A model generated the notes under the pieces. The model saw nothing but the letters and a program-made list of their open reading frames with translations. It did no database searches and was not told where the DNA came from. Source: Felis catus (lineage: Eukaryota). Taken from it: a DNA stretch of 64,000 nt. Location of the stretch: positions 212,104,001 through 212,168,000 of the forward strand of contig NC_058368.1 in NCBI RefSeq assembly GCF_018350175.1, in the 5' to 3' direction. Position 1 is the stretch's first letter. Each line of letters starts with the position of its first letter. Positions 61,772 to 64,000 of the stretch are shown here, piece after piece. The position numbers and the translations under genes are program-made.

Positions 61772-64000
61772 ACCTTACAATCTTTTTATTGACTAGAACA
61801 GTTTCCATACAAAATTCACCTTATTAAATATTATTTAAATATTGTTAAATATATACCAAATATATTTGCATATCTTTTTAGTGGGTTTGATGCACGTACT
61901 AGAGTTATTGTAACTCTCTTGGCATAATATTTAAATTAATTAGGTTTCCTCTGAGATTCATCACAATTTCATTTTCGCAATTAAGCATGTTGAAAAAAAA
62001 TCTGCAGTCTAGAAAGCAGAGGAAAGACACAAAGTTTCTTCTAGAAACACTTGCTGCCAGTGTCCACACCTTTAGGAAATTCCTGGAATGGAGTATGCGG
62101 AGCAACTGCCTGGACCTGGAATTATTCCTGAACCTGACCACATGATACCCATCCACTTCCCGATCCTGTGTGTTTATGTGCTCAGTTCTTCCAGCGGTAG
62201 CTCCCGTGTCTGCCACTGGTCTTTTTGGTTGTATTAAATTCACCTGGAGTGAAGAATTGACACCAGTTTCAAGTTATGTTAAGATTGCTGTCTTAATCCC
62301 ATAGTGAGGCATATTCTGGACTTTTTCTTGGGACCACTTAGTTTCTGTCGCTGAGGAAGTGCATGAGTGAATGGAGCCCATCAACAACACCTCACAACAC
62401 AGGTTAGGGAGCTGTGACAGCAGTATGTGTGCAAGTTCAATTCAAGTCTGGGCAGTGAGAAGGAAGAGGCAATTTTAGGAACAAATGGCATGGCTTCATC
62501 ACTCAAAGCTGCTCCTATGCCAATTCTGCAAGGTTCAGTTTGTTTGCTGTTGGCTTAAGAGAGAATAAGGTCCATTCTATGATTTTAGGTGGGGGAATGA
62601 CATGAAGGGGTCAGTGTCATAGAAAGACTGGTTTGCCAACAACATACACAATTGCCTGGGACAGGGTAGGTAGCCCAGTGCTAGAAGATGAGTCCACATG
62701 GACAGCATGAGAACATTTTCTTAGAAACCTGAGGCAGAGGGTAGGGCATAATAAAAAGAGGGGATGTGGCTATCTTGAAACCAGAATATCACCTTACTTG
62801 GAGACTATCCTAGATCATGTTTTCCAGGAGATCCCAGGCTGGAAGAAAGGAAGGGAAGGAGAGTGAAGGGACCTTCTACTTGACAGTTTTTGTATCAAGA
62901 AGGCTCAGGGCTGCCATCCTTTCCCAGAAGCATTTAGGGTCAGGAAGCCCCCGTCAATGTCTGGTCTCTCTTCTATGTTTCTTTTCCCCTGGCTTCTCGC
63001 AAGAGGGTTGTGGTTGCTCGTGGTGTTTTCCAAGGTCCTGGTGCCCTTATAAGCCTCTTTTTGAAATAATTGAAGCTAAAACTCTCAACCTGGACCAAGG
63101 CAGTTGGGCTTTTCAGAAGATCTTCTGGGCATATTTATGGGTAGTTCTTCCTCCTTCTCATGTGAGAGCAGGTCAAGTGCAGGTTGATACCTGTACCTGA
63201 CCCTGATGTGTCATTGCTATCAAGGCAGGCCTCAGGAGATGGACTGGCCTTTCCCAGAGCCTCCTTACATTACACCAGGAGATTTGGGCCTGCACTGAGG
63301 ATTGTCTTGCTTGCTGCAAACTGACAGCATAAATCTTAAGAAAAAAAAAAAAAGATGAGCTGGTAGTTGTAGATAAATTGTCAGGGGGTTAATAGTCTGA
63401 CCTCATTAAGAGCACATTTTTATTAGAAATATGCTACTGGGTAAATTCTGTTTTGTGAATTGCAAAGAACAGTTGGATAAGGTGCACTTTAGCACCAATA
63501 ATCCACTGTTATCTCTTCTAATGACGGTTTCAGAAGTGGGGCCGGTCTTCTGCCCCATCCTCAAAGGCCCCAAGTATTCTTTCAGCTCAAGGGACTCAGG
63601 ACTTAGTGATAGGCTGGCTTCTCCAGGTGATCTCCATGGACCCAGAGACTCCTTCTCTGAGGTCAAGATTACATTTTCCTACTTTCCCCATTTTCTCGGT
63701 ATTACCCCAATACTGGTGCAAATGACTGATGTTTACTAGGGAGGGTGGGAGAAAGTGACTTTCTGAATGTATGTACTCACCATTCTTAGCACTTTGGAAA
63801 AAGTCTTATCAACCCTGAAAGCCTTCCTTTGATGCAGAATAAATGTCTCAATAACTTTCCACCCTTACTTTTTAATATGATTCTTATTTCTGTAAAGAAG
63901 ACCCTTGAGGATAAGATACTCAGGAATATTCTCTTTCTACCAACCACATTTTCTTATTAAAAACAATATATTAAGAATTGGTTAGCAAACCCTGGGTATA

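Noticed and set aside
55925..64000. Next ADAMTS12 spacer-domain exon (expected YVDIGLIPKGA-like); ORFs 56308, 61905, 62817, 63431
   Set aside because: No such exon found by eye, so it probably lies beyond the window; these ORFs lack recognisable homology or splice context.

Overview
Eukaryotic (mammalian) genomic DNA from a felid, very likely domestic cat, judged by young SINEC_Fc-type SINEs and a cat-type L1 3' end. The window lies inside the + strand gene ADAMTS12. It holds nine consecutive internal coding exons (9967-55924, 1228 nt, all GT-AG and in frame), probably exons 6-14 by recalled human homology. They encode the C-terminal part of the metalloprotease domain (HELGHSFGIQHD), the disintegrin-like domain, TSR1, the cysteine-rich domain and the start of the spacer. 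I found no other gene. Introns are full of transposon fossils: about 28 carnivore SINEs, L1, L2, MIR, solo LTRs, MER5A/MER20 and microsatellites. Almost all ORF-track entries are repeat-derived or chance. I see no evidence of a novel multi-gene system. The most interesting signals are mutational and structural: a duplication with templated direct and inverted junction pieces near an exon, a templated copy into an old L1, three sites hit twice by SINEs, two related LTRs with different termini, an A>G-rich SINE without a TSD, and palindromic repeats. Repeat family names come from recognition, not a database search.
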